This document shows, piece after piece, positions 28,969-38,441 of a stretch of 64,000 nt of DNA (position 1 is its first letter; each line of letters opens with the position of its first letter). Below the pieces are notes generated by a model. The model had not been told where the DNA came from, did not search any database, and saw only the letters and a program-made list of their open reading frames with translations. A program made the position numbers and the translations under genes. This DNA is from Spirochaetota bacterium. GTDB taxonomy: Bacteria > Spirochaetota > UBA4802 > UBA5550. The stretch is from NCBI GenBank assembly GCA_963664815.2, contig CAXXHB010000003.1:416001-480000 (forward strand), written 5' to 3'.

Positions 28969-30519
28969 TTAATCATTTCTTCTGAGTATGCTGGTAAGTT
29001 TGTCTGCCGAATGGGAGAGATTTCCGGACAGGCTGCTTATCTCTTCAGCGCCCGAGGCAAGATCCTGAGTCGATTCATTTATAACGCTGATCGATTTTGT
29101 TATCTCTTCAAGGGCGAACTTCAGCTCCTGCATCGATGTTTTTATCTCATCTGAACCGGCAAGGACTGCGCCGGCATTCTTTTGCAGCTTTGTATTCATG
29201 GAGAGGTCATCTTCAGAAGTTTTATTTACTTCCACCACAAGCTCTCCGAACTGTGATGCAAGTCTTAAAACCTCCTCCGATGAGGTATTGACATTTTTTA
29301 ACGCCTGACCAGTTATTTTAACCTCTTTATCAGTAATCTGAACAAGGGATGTTATCTCTTTGGCATTAATCTGCGTTTTTTCGGCAAGTTTGCCAACTTC
29401 ATCCGCAACAACTGCGAAACCCTTTCCATGTTCACCTGCGCGTGCCGCTTCAATCGAAGCATTCAGCGAAAGAAGGTTGATCTGATCGGAGACATCATTT
29501 ATCAAAGATGTCGCTTCAGAAACCTTGCCGCTGCTTGAAATCACATTGTCAAGTGCTTTCTGACATTTGATGATCTCTCCGATTGCGTCATTAATTCTTA
29601 TGTCCAGTTTTGTTTTTAAATCGAGAGCAAGGTTCATTCTCGATCTGCCGGAGGATACAAGATCAAACATTTTTTTCAGATCATCCAGAAGAAGGGTTAT
29701 CTTCTGGTTCTGTGTAACTGCCATATTTGCGGAAGATTCTGAAGAAGCGGATATCTCTTCCAGAGTTGATGTGATCTCTTCAATGCTTGCAGCCTGTGTC
29801 TGCGCATTGTTTGAAAATGATGAGGAGTTCGACGAAAGAGAGCCTGCTGTTTCGGCCAGGGTATCCGCAACTGTTGTACATGTATGAACCATATTGTTAT
29901 TTTCATCGAGAGACTTCTCAATCTGCCTGTTTTTTTCATCGGTTTCGTCAAGGGTTGATCTGACTATTTTAATAATTAGAATGCAGAGCGCGGATATAAA
30001 AAGCGTCACAGTACCTACCTGTGTGATTGTAACACCTATATATCGCCCCTCTATTATTCCGGATGATGTCAATGTTATAACGACGGTGATTACAAGAACA
30101 GCCCCTGTCGTTGTAATCACCGTCGTCCTGTTGCCGTAAAGAGCGGACATTACAATAAAGATCATGAAATACAGAAAGTATATATATTTGCCGACCATGG
30201 TGCCTACAAGGTGCGCCTGAATGGCTACAAGAAACAGCGGTGTCAGAACCCCGAAATAAACAGCAATGTTGTAGGCGCCGGATCGGAGGATGAAAAGACA
30301 TGTAATAAATCCAAGGACAATAACTGAAATAGTTATATTATAAGTGGATGTTGCTGTATCGGGGGCGAAAATATGAGTAGTTACAGCAGCCAGTGTTATA
30401 AGCAGAAGAAATACAATCTGCATCCACATGAATACAAAGGTCCTCTGCTGTTTCATGAATGGATCGTTTTCATATTTTTTCAGGAAAAATGATTTCAATG
30501 ATGCATTTATTTTATTCAT
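28969..30519 (-). CDS. Methyl-accepting chemotaxis protein with a multi-TM N-terminus
   Basis: [34 protein letters not shown] signalling tip; ~6 TM helices, no large periplasmic domain. Confidence 0.95.
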   Translation of the reverse strand: MNKINASLKSFFLKKYENDPFMKQQRTFVFMWMQIVFLLLITLAAVTTHIFAPDTATSTYNITISVIVLGFITCLFILRSGAYNIAVYFGVLTPLFLVAIQAHLVGTMVGKYIYFLYFMIFIVMSALYGNRTTVITTTGAVLVITVVITLTSSGIIEGRYIGVTITQVGTVTLFISALCILIIKIVRSTLDETDEKNRQIEKSLDENNNMVHTCTTVADTLAETAGSLSSNSSSFSNNAQTQAASIEEITSTLEEISASSESSANMAVTQNQKITLLLDDLKKMFDLVSSGRSRMNLALDLKTKLDIRINDAIGEIIKCQKALDNVISSSGKVSEATSLINDVSDQINLLSLNASIEAARAGEHGKGFAVVADEVGKLAEKTQINAKEITSLVQITDKEVKITGQALKNVNTSSEEVLRLASQFGELVVEVNKTSEDDLSMNTKLQKNAGAVLAGSDEIKTSMQELKFALEEITKSISVINESTQDLASGAEEISSLSGNLSHSADKLTSILRRND

Positions 30520-30553
30520 AATTTCACCCGTAACAGAATTTTTATTTTTTTAA

Positions 30554-30680
30554 TCAATAGTAATGCCTGAACCTTTTATAATATAAAATTCTCTGTACTC
30601 CCGGCCGCCTGAAGCGTCCGGGAGATATAATTGTTTATTTTACACTAAAATATATGCTGAAGAATTAACATCGTTTTTTA
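30554..30680. repeat. Dispersed ~125-bp element, copy B
   Basis: Matches copies A and C; hairpin CTCCCGG...CCGGGAG. Confidence 0.75.
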
Positions 30681-30717
30681 ATGATTAATACAGGTTTATA
30701 TTAATCAACAGTTTTTT

Positions 30718-31557
30718 CTATTTAAAAACAATACCTGAATCTATGCAGATTGACTGGCCGGTTATCTCTTTTGCTGCATCCGAAGCCAGGAATAAAGCGG
30801 CATTTGCCATATCACCGGCTGTCTGGGCCCTTCTTAATGAAGACATTGAACGGGCCAGCCTGTTCATAACATCTTCACTTGTCTTACAGTCCCCGAATGC
30901 TTTGGGATTCAGATTCTTAATCTGCTGGCCCCCCTCTTCGTAGATCGGCGTATAAACAAACCCGGGGCAGATAACATTTACATTTACATTAAAATAACCC
31001 ATCTCTTTGGACAGGGATTGGGCGAAGCTGACAATAGCGGCCTTGGATGCGTTATAATGCGGCTGTAACGGACCTGGTGTAAATGCGGCTATGGATGCAT
31101 TGAATATTATTTTACCCTCTTTTTTTGCGGCAAAGATATTGTAGAATTCGGTTGTAACTTTTACTGATCCGAATACGTTTATGTCAAACACCCTCTGCCA
31201 GTCTTCACAGGCAATATTGGTTAAAGGGGGTCCCACAAAGTCTTTGCCGTCTTTGCTCTTACCCGGTCCCACGCCGGCATTGTTTATCAGAATATCAACT
31301 GTCCCGAAATCTTCCATAACCTTTGTCTTCATGGATTTAATCTCGTCGATATTTCTTACATCAACTTTGCAGAATATTGCCTTAAAACCTGCTTTTTTTA
31401 TATCATTGACCGTTTCCATCCCTTTTACTTCATTGTAATCGCAGACAGCTACGGATGCTCCTGCCCTGGCAAACTGAATTGCCGTTTCGCGCCCGATGCC
31501 TGTAGCGGCCCCGGTGATTACTGCAGCCTTATTACTGAAATCATAAGTTACATTCAT
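30718..31557 (-). CDS. Short-chain dehydrogenase/reductase (FabG-like)
   Basis: TGAATGIG, NNAG, YNASK, ITGQSICIDSG. Confidence 0.92.
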   Translation of the reverse strand: MNVTYDFSNKAAVITGAATGIGRETAIQFARAGASVAVCDYNEVKGMETVNDIKKAGFKAIFCKVDVRNIDEIKSMKTKVMEDFGTVDILINNAGVGPGKSKDGKDFVGPPLTNIACEDWQRVFDINVFGSVKVTTEFYNIFAAKKEGKIIFNASIAAFTPGPLQPHYNASKAAIVSFAQSLSKEMGYFNVNVNVICPGFVYTPIYEEGGQQIKNLNPKAFGDCKTSEDVMNRLARSMSSLRRAQTAGDMANAALFLASDAAKEITGQSICIDSGIVFK

Positions 31558-31596
31558 ATATACAGCCTCCTGATAAATTTGGGATTGATTACAGCA

Positions 31597-32607
31597 TTAG
31601 GGGATGATCATAACCTTTATGGCGCCCGGGTCATTAATCTGTGCTTTGAATGCATCATTTGCCTGATCCAGTGAAAACCTGTGAGAGATCAACGGCCTGG
31701 CATTGACTTTACCGCTTTTAAGAAGTTCAATGGACGCCGGAAAATTTCCTCCTAGGCATCCGATCAGGGATATATTTTTTGATATCATATTCAGAGGATC
31801 CCATGTAAGCGGTTCTTCATATATACCCACCATAAGTATTTTACCCCCCCCGCTGGTTATTTCTATGGACTGCTCGAATGTTGTCCGGGTGCCGGCGCAT
31901 TCAACGACAGCGTTTACACCCATTCTGCCTGTGGCTTCCATAACACCCTTTACAGTATCCTCTTCAGCCGCATCGATTATGATATCAGCTCCGCAGATTT
32001 TCGCAGCTTCAAGGCGGGAGGGCCTCCTTCCGCTGGCAATAACCTTTGAGACACCCATGGCCTTGAGAACCTGAATGGCGTTGAGCCCGATAACTCCAAG
32101 TCCGATTACAGCAAAGGTTTCATTCTCTTTCGGCAGAGCCCTGGCGATTGAAAAATATGATATTGAAAGGGGTTCCACGGAAGCGGCATCTTCGTAAGTC
32201 AGTTCACCGGGAAGCTGAAAAACATTTCGCCCCATGGCGGCGAATGGTATGTGAACATATTCAGCCATGGCTCCCGGAAACTGGAATCCAAGAAGAGCCA
32301 TATCTGAACACCTGTGGGGCTTCCCCTGGCTGCACCAGAAGCATCTACCGCAGGGTTTATATCCTGCAGCGGTTACCCTCATTCCGGCAGTAATACCTTT
32401 TACCTGTGATCCGACATCAACCACGTCCCCGCTGAATTCATGTCCGAAGATTGTACCCTCCTGCCCGTCACGCTTATAGACATGCAGGTCAGAGCCGCAT
32501 ACCCCGCATGCCTTCACCCTGACAATTATTCCATGTGATTCAAGTTTAGGATCCGGTACATTTTCAGTTCTGATATCCATTGCGCCGTGCATAACTGCCG
32601 CTTTCAT
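31597..32607 (-). CDS. Zn-dependent alcohol/polyol dehydrogenase (MDR)
   Basis: CGSDLH, GHE, CxxCxxC-x7-C, GLGVIG. Confidence 0.93.
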   Translation of the reverse strand: MKAAVMHGAMDIRTENVPDPKLESHGIIVRVKACGVCGSDLHVYKRDGQEGTIFGHEFSGDVVDVGSQVKGITAGMRVTAAGYKPCGRCFWCSQGKPHRCSDMALLGFQFPGAMAEYVHIPFAAMGRNVFQLPGELTYEDAASVEPLSISYFSIARALPKENETFAVIGLGVIGLNAIQVLKAMGVSKVIASGRRPSRLEAAKICGADIIIDAAEEDTVKGVMEATGRMGVNAVVECAGTRTTFEQSIEITSGGGKILMVGIYEEPLTWDPLNMISKNISLIGCLGGNFPASIELLKSGKVNARPLISHRFSLDQANDAFKAQINDPGAIKVMIIP

Positions 32608-32681
32608 CTGACCACCTCCTGAATTAAATTCTGTTTTTGTAAAAATATATTAAGATACCTATGACGGTTTATTTGAAAAAA

Positions 32682-32714
32682 AACTATCCCCCGTGTTTTG
32701 CACAGAGGATAGTT
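32682..32714 (-). terminator. Probable terminator
   Basis: AACTATCC...GGATAGTT stem with a U-tract on the - strand. Confidence 0.6.
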
Positions 32715-32744
32715 AAAATAAAAATATTTTTACGGGTGCAATAT

Positions 32745-34550
32745 TTAATCAATAAATATGCCTGTGTCTGCTCCCGCTGTGAGTATTTCATCGCTGATCA
32801 GTATTCCTGACAGAGTTTCAGCTTTCGGGAGCTCATATTTAAAGAAGTATTTCATTGTATGAATTTTTGAGTTGTAGAAGATCCTGAGATTCTCATCATT
32901 GCAGCTTTTACTCTTTTTCGCGGCACAGGAGGCCTGCATGATCCACTGCCATGCTATGGTAAGAATCCCCGCCATCTCCAGATATATGGTCGCATCAGCA
33001 AGAAAAATCTCGATGTTTCCCTTTGAAGCAATCTGAAGAAGATGCATTGTTGTTTTCTGGAATGAAGAAAGGGCATCATTCAGTTTTAAAGAATAAGTCC
33101 TGAGTTCATCATATTTACCGGCTTCATTTATTGCGGATTTGATTTCATTGACATAATATTCAAAAGCCTTCCCTTTTTTCATTGTGGTCTTTCTGCCGAG
33201 GAGATCCTGCCCCTGGATACCGGTTGTACCTTCATGTATCGGGTGTATTCTTGAATCCCGGAAGAAAAGTTCAAGGTTGAAGTCCTGACAATAACCGTAA
33301 CCTCCGAGTATCTGGATGCCGGTACTGGTGGATTGTATACCCATTTCTGAAGGATAGCTCTTTGCAATAGGGGTCAGAAACTCCAGAAGAAGATCATACT
33401 TCTCTTTCTCTTCAGGTGAACAGACATTCATCATATCGACATATTTCCCAAGCTGAAGAACAAGCGAGAGAGAACCTTCTGATATGGCTTTCTGGAATAA
33501 AAGCATTCTTTTAACATCGGGGTGCTCTACAATCATGCATTGCGGCTCTGTCGGATTTTTGCTGTTAAGGGGTCTTCCCTGCGGCCTCTCCTGCGCATAT
33601 TTAAGCGAGTCATAGTATGCTGCGGAAGCAATTCCTGTCGCTCCGATACCCACATAGATACGCGCTTCATTCATCATCTGGAACATATAACCGAGTCCCC
33701 TGTTCTCTTCACCCACAAGCCATCCCCGGCAGTCATTATTTTCTCCAAGTGAAAGCTGTGCAATGGGTGAACCTTTGTAGCCGAGTTTATGCTCAATGCC
33801 CGCACATGTAACGTCGTTCGATGCCAGACCACCTTTGCCGTCATCCCTCAGTTTCGGGACAATGAAAAGTGAAATTCCCTTTACTCCCGCAGGTGCGCCT
33901 TCAATGCGGGCAAGCATAAGATGTACAACATTATCAACAGCGTTATGTGACCCGGCTGAAATAAATATCTTCTGCCCTTTTATTAAATAATAGCCCTTAT
34001 CTGTGGGTACTGCTTTTGTCTTTACATCGGATAATGAACTTCCCGCTTCAGGTTCGGTGAGAGCCATTGTACCCTGCCATTCGCCGGTGAACATTTTCGG
34101 CGTGTAGTATTTTTTCTGTTCAGGAGATCCGAAAGTAACAATAAGGTTTGATGCGCCGAATGTGAGGCCGGGATATACTCCCATTGAATAATTTGCGGCG
34201 GCAAACATATAATTGCATGCAGATATCACAGAGTAGGGGAGCTGCTGCCCTCCCTCTTCAAAAGTAAAATAGGCTGAAATAAATCCTATCTCCCCGCACT
34301 GTTTCAGGAAGGTTCTCACCATGGGGTGAACATGAACCTCTCCGTCTTTGTGAACCGGGGGATTCTTGTCCATCTCCCTGAGATATGGGCGCATGAGGTT
34401 GGCAGCCATTTTATTGACCGTTTCGAGCACCATTTCCATCGCTTCTTTGTTGTATTCGCTGAAATATTCATGTTTTGATAAATTCTGGACTTCAAGCATA
34501 TCAAAAAGCAGAAAATTCATGGTTTGTCTGCTTACAAATTTTTCTTCCAT
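32745..34550 (-). CDS. Large (~600 aa) acyl-CoA dehydrogenase (DmdC/FadE5-like)
   Basis: GTMALTEPEAGS, GQKIFISAG, EHKLG, MFQMMNEAR, IHEGTTGIQ. Confidence 0.94.
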   Translation of the reverse strand: MEEKFVSRQTMNFLLFDMLEVQNLSKHEYFSEYNKEAMEMVLETVNKMAANLMRPYLREMDKNPPVHKDGEVHVHPMVRTFLKQCGEIGFISAYFTFEEGGQQLPYSVISACNYMFAAANYSMGVYPGLTFGASNLIVTFGSPEQKKYYTPKMFTGEWQGTMALTEPEAGSSLSDVKTKAVPTDKGYYLIKGQKIFISAGSHNAVDNVVHLMLARIEGAPAGVKGISLFIVPKLRDDGKGGLASNDVTCAGIEHKLGYKGSPIAQLSLGENNDCRGWLVGEENRGLGYMFQMMNEARIYVGIGATGIASAAYYDSLKYAQERPQGRPLNSKNPTEPQCMIVEHPDVKRMLLFQKAISEGSLSLVLQLGKYVDMMNVCSPEEKEKYDLLLEFLTPIAKSYPSEMGIQSTSTGIQILGGYGYCQDFNLELFFRDSRIHPIHEGTTGIQGQDLLGRKTTMKKGKAFEYYVNEIKSAINEAGKYDELRTYSLKLNDALSSFQKTTMHLLQIASKGNIEIFLADATIYLEMAGILTIAWQWIMQASCAAKKSKSCNDENLRIFYNSKIHTMKYFFKYELPKAETLSGILISDEILTAGADTGIFID

Positions 34551-34582
34551 ACATTCCTCGCTTATTTATTAAATTCTTCATA

Positions 34583-34685
34583 TTAGTGTTATGTCTTAGT
34601 GTTATGTCAAAACTGACGTTTGTTAAACTCAAGAAGCCCTGATGGGGCTTTTTTAAGGGGCATCGCCCCTTATGCCCCTTAAAAA
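34583..34685. repeat. 13-bp tandem duplication plus nested palindromes (REP-like or terminator)
   Basis: TTAGTGTTATGTC x2 (34583-34608); TTTTTAAGGGGCAT-N8-ATGCCCCTTAAAAA (34650-34685). Confidence 0.7.
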
Positions 34686-34742
34686 TTGAGAAAATGAAAC
34701 AAGTCTGTTGTAAAACAGGATTCTTCTCAATGTACCGCTTAA

Positions 34743-36614
34743 TTACTCAGCGGGCATTCCTGTAAATATTGCGTCACTTGCTTTAATAGTGGCACTTTCA
34801 TCAAACTTGATGGCCTGTGAACATCCGAAAAATTTCGGAAGTTCATTCCCGAGGTAAAACTGTGATGCAAGCACTTTTCCCGAGTAAAAGGCTGCATCGG
34901 CATTATCTTCAAAAAGTTTCTCTCTGTCAGCTCCCTTGATATCGCCGACTAGTGACTGCATTTTTGGAAGGGTTACAGTGAGACTCCAGACATGGCACCA
35001 TGCAATAATTACCATATACAATGCATCATGAAGCGGCTTTGCCTGTGCGAAGATATTGAGAATCTTTCCACCCGAGAGATGCTGCTTCATAAGTTCAACA
35101 AGTGAATCCATCTCTTTTACGGCAGCAGAAAAGAGTCCCAGGTATTTTTCATTCACAATACCTTTAGCCTTTGCTATGGTTTCATCCATTCTCTTTCGGA
35201 GGATACTGTAGTTATATTGTCCCTTGTTCATTACAATCTTTCTCATGACAAGATCAATAGCCTGTATACCGTTTGTTCCCTCAAATATGGCGAGGATCTT
35301 GGAGTCGCTCAGATATCTTGCAGCGGGGTAATCCCTGCAGTATCCGTATCCTCCGTATGTCTGCATGGCTGTTGAACAGATCTCCACACCCTTGTCGGTG
35401 CAACCTGCTTTGCATATCGGGACAAGAATTTCCATCAGTGCAAGGGCCTCTTTTTTTGCAGTTTCATCGCTGTCACCATTAAGGCAGTCCTCCTGCATAA
35501 ATAAATAATAAATAAAAATTCTTTGTCCCTCAAGATGGGATTTCATCCAGAGAAGCATCCTTTTTACATCAGGATGATGGCTTATTGTTACAGGGAGGGC
35601 ATCAGGATTCATAATCTGTGTTACATCCGCACCCTGAACCCTGTTTTTTGCATATGTGGCGGCATGCATATATGCCGCTGATGAATGAGCATGCCCCTCA
35701 AAACCTGTATGGATACGGGCGATGTTCATCAGGTCAAACATGATCTTCATACCCTGGCGTTCCTGTCCAAGAAGATATCCCGTACAGCTGCCGTTGTCGC
35801 CAAATGCAAGCTGGGATGTGGACTGGCCATGAATACCCATTTTATGTTCGATGCCTGTACATATTACATCGTTGAATTCACCCCTGGTTCCGTCACTGTT
35901 AACCCTGTACTTGGGAACAATAAATATTGAGATACCCTTTGTTCCTTTCGGGTCACCCTCTATTCTTGCCAGAACAGCGTGAACCATGTTGTCGTAGTAA
36001 TCATTTTCACCTGAAGATATGAATATTTTCTGGCCTGTAATTTTATATGTACCGTCAGGCTGTTTTACAGCTTTGGTTTTAAGGTTACCGACATCAGAGC
36101 CGGCATCAGCTTCAGTGAGCGCCATAGTCCCCCCCCATTCGCCGCTCATGACCCTGTCGGCAAACAGTTTTTGCTGTTCAGGAGTGCCGTACTTATAGAT
36201 GAGGTCCATGCTGCCGTGTGAAAGGGCCGGGTACATCAACAACGGAAAGTTTGCCGAACTCATGAACTCATGTCCTGCGAAACCTACAGTAACCGGGAGC
36301 CCCATCCCTCCGTGCTCCTGTTTGTCATAAAGGCCCATAAACCCGGCTCCATAAAAAGCATCGAGGGCCGGATGATAACATGAGGGTATTGTGACTTTTT
36401 TTGTGACCGGATCCCATTTCGCACCTATTTTATCACCTTCATCTGCTGTCGGATAGATAACTTCAACAGATATCTTTTCCGCGAGGTCAATTATGGCCTC
36501 GAAAGTATCATGATCGAAATCTGCATATATCGGATATTTTGTCAGTTTATCTACATCCAGAAGTTCGAATAATACAAATTTAAGATCCCTTGTGTCGACT
36601 AAATAATTAAGCAT
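34743..36614 (-). CDS. Large acyl-CoA dehydrogenase, close paralog of 40460-42328
   Basis: GTMALTEADAGSD, GQKIFISSG, EHKMG, IFEGTNGIQ. Confidence 0.94.
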   Translation of the reverse strand: MLNYLVDTRDLKFVLFELLDVDKLTKYPIYADFDHDTFEAIIDLAEKISVEVIYPTADEGDKIGAKWDPVTKKVTIPSCYHPALDAFYGAGFMGLYDKQEHGGMGLPVTVGFAGHEFMSSANFPLLMYPALSHGSMDLIYKYGTPEQQKLFADRVMSGEWGGTMALTEADAGSDVGNLKTKAVKQPDGTYKITGQKIFISSGENDYYDNMVHAVLARIEGDPKGTKGISIFIVPKYRVNSDGTRGEFNDVICTGIEHKMGIHGQSTSQLAFGDNGSCTGYLLGQERQGMKIMFDLMNIARIHTGFEGHAHSSAAYMHAATYAKNRVQGADVTQIMNPDALPVTISHHPDVKRMLLWMKSHLEGQRIFIYYLFMQEDCLNGDSDETAKKEALALMEILVPICKAGCTDKGVEICSTAMQTYGGYGYCRDYPAARYLSDSKILAIFEGTNGIQAIDLVMRKIVMNKGQYNYSILRKRMDETIAKAKGIVNEKYLGLFSAAVKEMDSLVELMKQHLSGGKILNIFAQAKPLHDALYMVIIAWCHVWSLTVTLPKMQSLVGDIKGADREKLFEDNADAAFYSGKVLASQFYLGNELPKFFGCSQAIKFDESATIKASDAIFTGMPAE

Positions 36615-36652
36615 ATTTACTACCTCATTTTCTATTGATGATATTATATGTT

Positions 36653-36820
36653 ACCCTTCGGCTTTGCCCGGGGTAATGTACTTAAACTCTGCGCAACGGC
36701 ATTTACAAACAGGTTATCGGCATAACACATTGGCTGAGCGGAGCCGAAGCCCCGACTAAACGGCATCAACCTCCGGCTGAGAGGACTTGTGATGAACGAA
36801 GCCGAATCAGCCGAAGCCGG
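36653..36820. repeat. REP-like elements (GGCTGAG...GCCGAAGCC family)
   Basis: GGCTGAGCGGAGCCGAAGCC (36732-36751), an expanded copy at 36775-36818, and a degenerate inverted copy CCCTTCGGCTTTGCCCGGGG at ~36654. Confidence 0.6.
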
Positions 36821-36823
36821 ATT

Positions 36824-37555
36824 TTATTTGCCGAATAATCCCATGCTGATTGCTTTTTTCACAAATGCAAGGAAGCCCTCTCTTTCATGTTTACATGCTT
36901 CTTCAAGGGTTGCATTGTTCCGGTATTCTATAAGCTCTTTCATTGTCATGAGCATATCAAACTTGCCGTCACATATAAACTGTGCAATTTCCTTAACCCG
37001 TGGTATAAGATTATCGGGTGAGACAACCTCGTTTACAAGCCCTGCGCGGAGAGCGGTCTGGGCATCGATAAACTGGCAAGTCATGGACATCTGCATAGCC
37101 ATTCTGCGTCCAACGGCTTCCTGAAGAAGCTGTGTCATCCCCCATCCGGGATGAATTCCCACTCTTGAGTGGGTATCTGCAAACATTGCAAGTTCTGATG
37201 CGATCAGAAAGTCGCAGTTAAGTGCAATTTCAAATCCCCCTGTGATTGCGTGACCGTTAACAGCCCCTATTACAGGTTTTTTGCATAACCTGAAGGCATC
37301 TGTAAGATCCATGCCGTTACCTTTCGGGTCGAATAAATTCTCTTTCCCGGCGGCAGCAAGGTCAACACCGGAGCAGAAAGACTTGCCGTTGCCGGTAATT
37401 ACAGCAACCTTGATATCTTTATTGTTCTGTACTTCTTCAAGAGCATCAAAAAGCCCTATGAGAAGATTCTGGTTTATTGAGTTTCTTCTTTCCGGGCGGT
37501 TTAATGTTATGAGTGCGACATTATTTTCCACATTAAACAGGACTTCATCTACCAT
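36824..37555 (-). CDS. Enoyl-CoA hydratase/isomerase
   Basis: LNRPERRN, FCSGVDL, KPVIGAVNGHAITGGFE; probable start MVDEV. Confidence 0.93.
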   Translation of the reverse strand: MVDEVLFNVENNVALITLNRPERRNSINQNLLIGLFDALEEVQNNKDIKVAVITGNGKSFCSGVDLAAAGKENLFDPKGNGMDLTDAFRLCKKPVIGAVNGHAITGGFEIALNCDFLIASELAMFADTHSRVGIHPGWGMTQLLQEAVGRRMAMQMSMTCQFIDAQTALRAGLVNEVVSPDNLIPRVKEIAQFICDGKFDMLMTMKELIEYRNNATLEEACKHEREGFLAFVKKAISMGLFGK

Positions 37556-37821
37556 ATTATTCACCTTCATTTATTAAGTTTACAATTTATAAAATCTGAA
37601 AATAAAACAGAATGCAATTGATATTTTCTGAATATCACAATAGTTTCTGTTATATAACTCCAGAAAACTGATACATTATGATACTTATTGCATATAACTC
37701 GAAATCTGTCATTAACCTGAGTTAATTAAATATTTATTTGTAAAGAAGTCTTTAAGGCACCTTTCGGGACTGATAACTGCCCATATCTTTATGAGAAACA
37801 AATATCATCCGGAGAGAGCCG

Positions 37822-37936
37822 GCCCCCTGAATCACCGGAGGATCTATAAACTTCCGGCAACAGCCTCATGAATCCCCGGCGGATCCATAATCTTCCGGCA
37901 ACAGCCCCCTAAATCCCCCGGCGGGGGACTTGAAGA
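37822..37936. repeat. 41-bp tandem repeat array ending in a GC hairpin (left of DUF559)
   Basis: Units 37822-37862 and 37863-37903 (GCCCCCTGAATCACCGGAGGATCTATAAACTTCCGGCAACA-like), then CCCCTAAATCCCCCGGCGGGGGACTT. Confidence 0.88.
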
Positions 37937-37944
37937 TACTGTTA

Positions 37945-38307
37945 TTAAACAATTTGTGTTAAATATTTTCTTATTTCAGACAGAACATAATCTATATTGT
38001 TAATCACATCTTCATTTTTAAATCGTAAAGTGGTTATCCCGGCACTCTTAAGATATTCATCCCTGTAATCGTCATAATCCTTTCTGTGTTTATGAACATC
38101 CCCATCGATCTCTACTGCAAACTTTTTCTCATGACAGTAAAAATCAAGTATGTATCTGTGTATTGGATGCTGAATTCTGAATCTAAAACCTTCCATTTTT
38201 TTAGTTTTTAATTCATTCCACAATATTTCTTCCGGAATTGTTAAATTCATCCGCATTTTTCTGGCAAGCTCGATAATATATTTTGGAGATCTTATCTTTG
38301 AACTCAT
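37945..38307 (-). CDS. DUF559 / Vsr-like PD-(D/E)xK endonuclease
   Basis: ARKMRMNLTIPEEILW...FRIQHPI..YILDFYC...AVEIDGDVH...DYRDEYL...LRFKNEDV. Confidence 0.9.
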   Translation of the reverse strand: MSSKIRSPKYIIELARKMRMNLTIPEEILWNELKTKKMEGFRFRIQHPIHRYILDFYCHEKKFAVEIDGDVHKHRKDYDDYRDEYLKSAGITTLRFKNEDVINNIDYVLSEIRKYLTQIV

Positions 38308-38346
38308 AAATGTATTATTTCAGATAAATATTTATTTGTAAAGCAG

Positions 38347-38441
38347 TCTTTAAGTCCCCCCGGAGGATCCATATACCCACGGCAACAGCCCCCTGAATCA
38401 CCAGTGGATCTATAATCTTCCGGCAAGAGCCCCCGCACCCC
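38347..38441. repeat. 41-bp repeat array right of DUF559, cut by the IS
   Basis: Partial unit 38352-38387, full unit 38388-38428, then the half-hairpin GCCCCCGCACCCC. Confidence 0.85.

Noticed and set aside
37822-38441. 41-bp repeats next to a nuclease read as a CRISPR array
   Set aside because: Units are contiguous and degenerate along their whole length, with no unique spacers and no cas genes; REP/BIME-like instead
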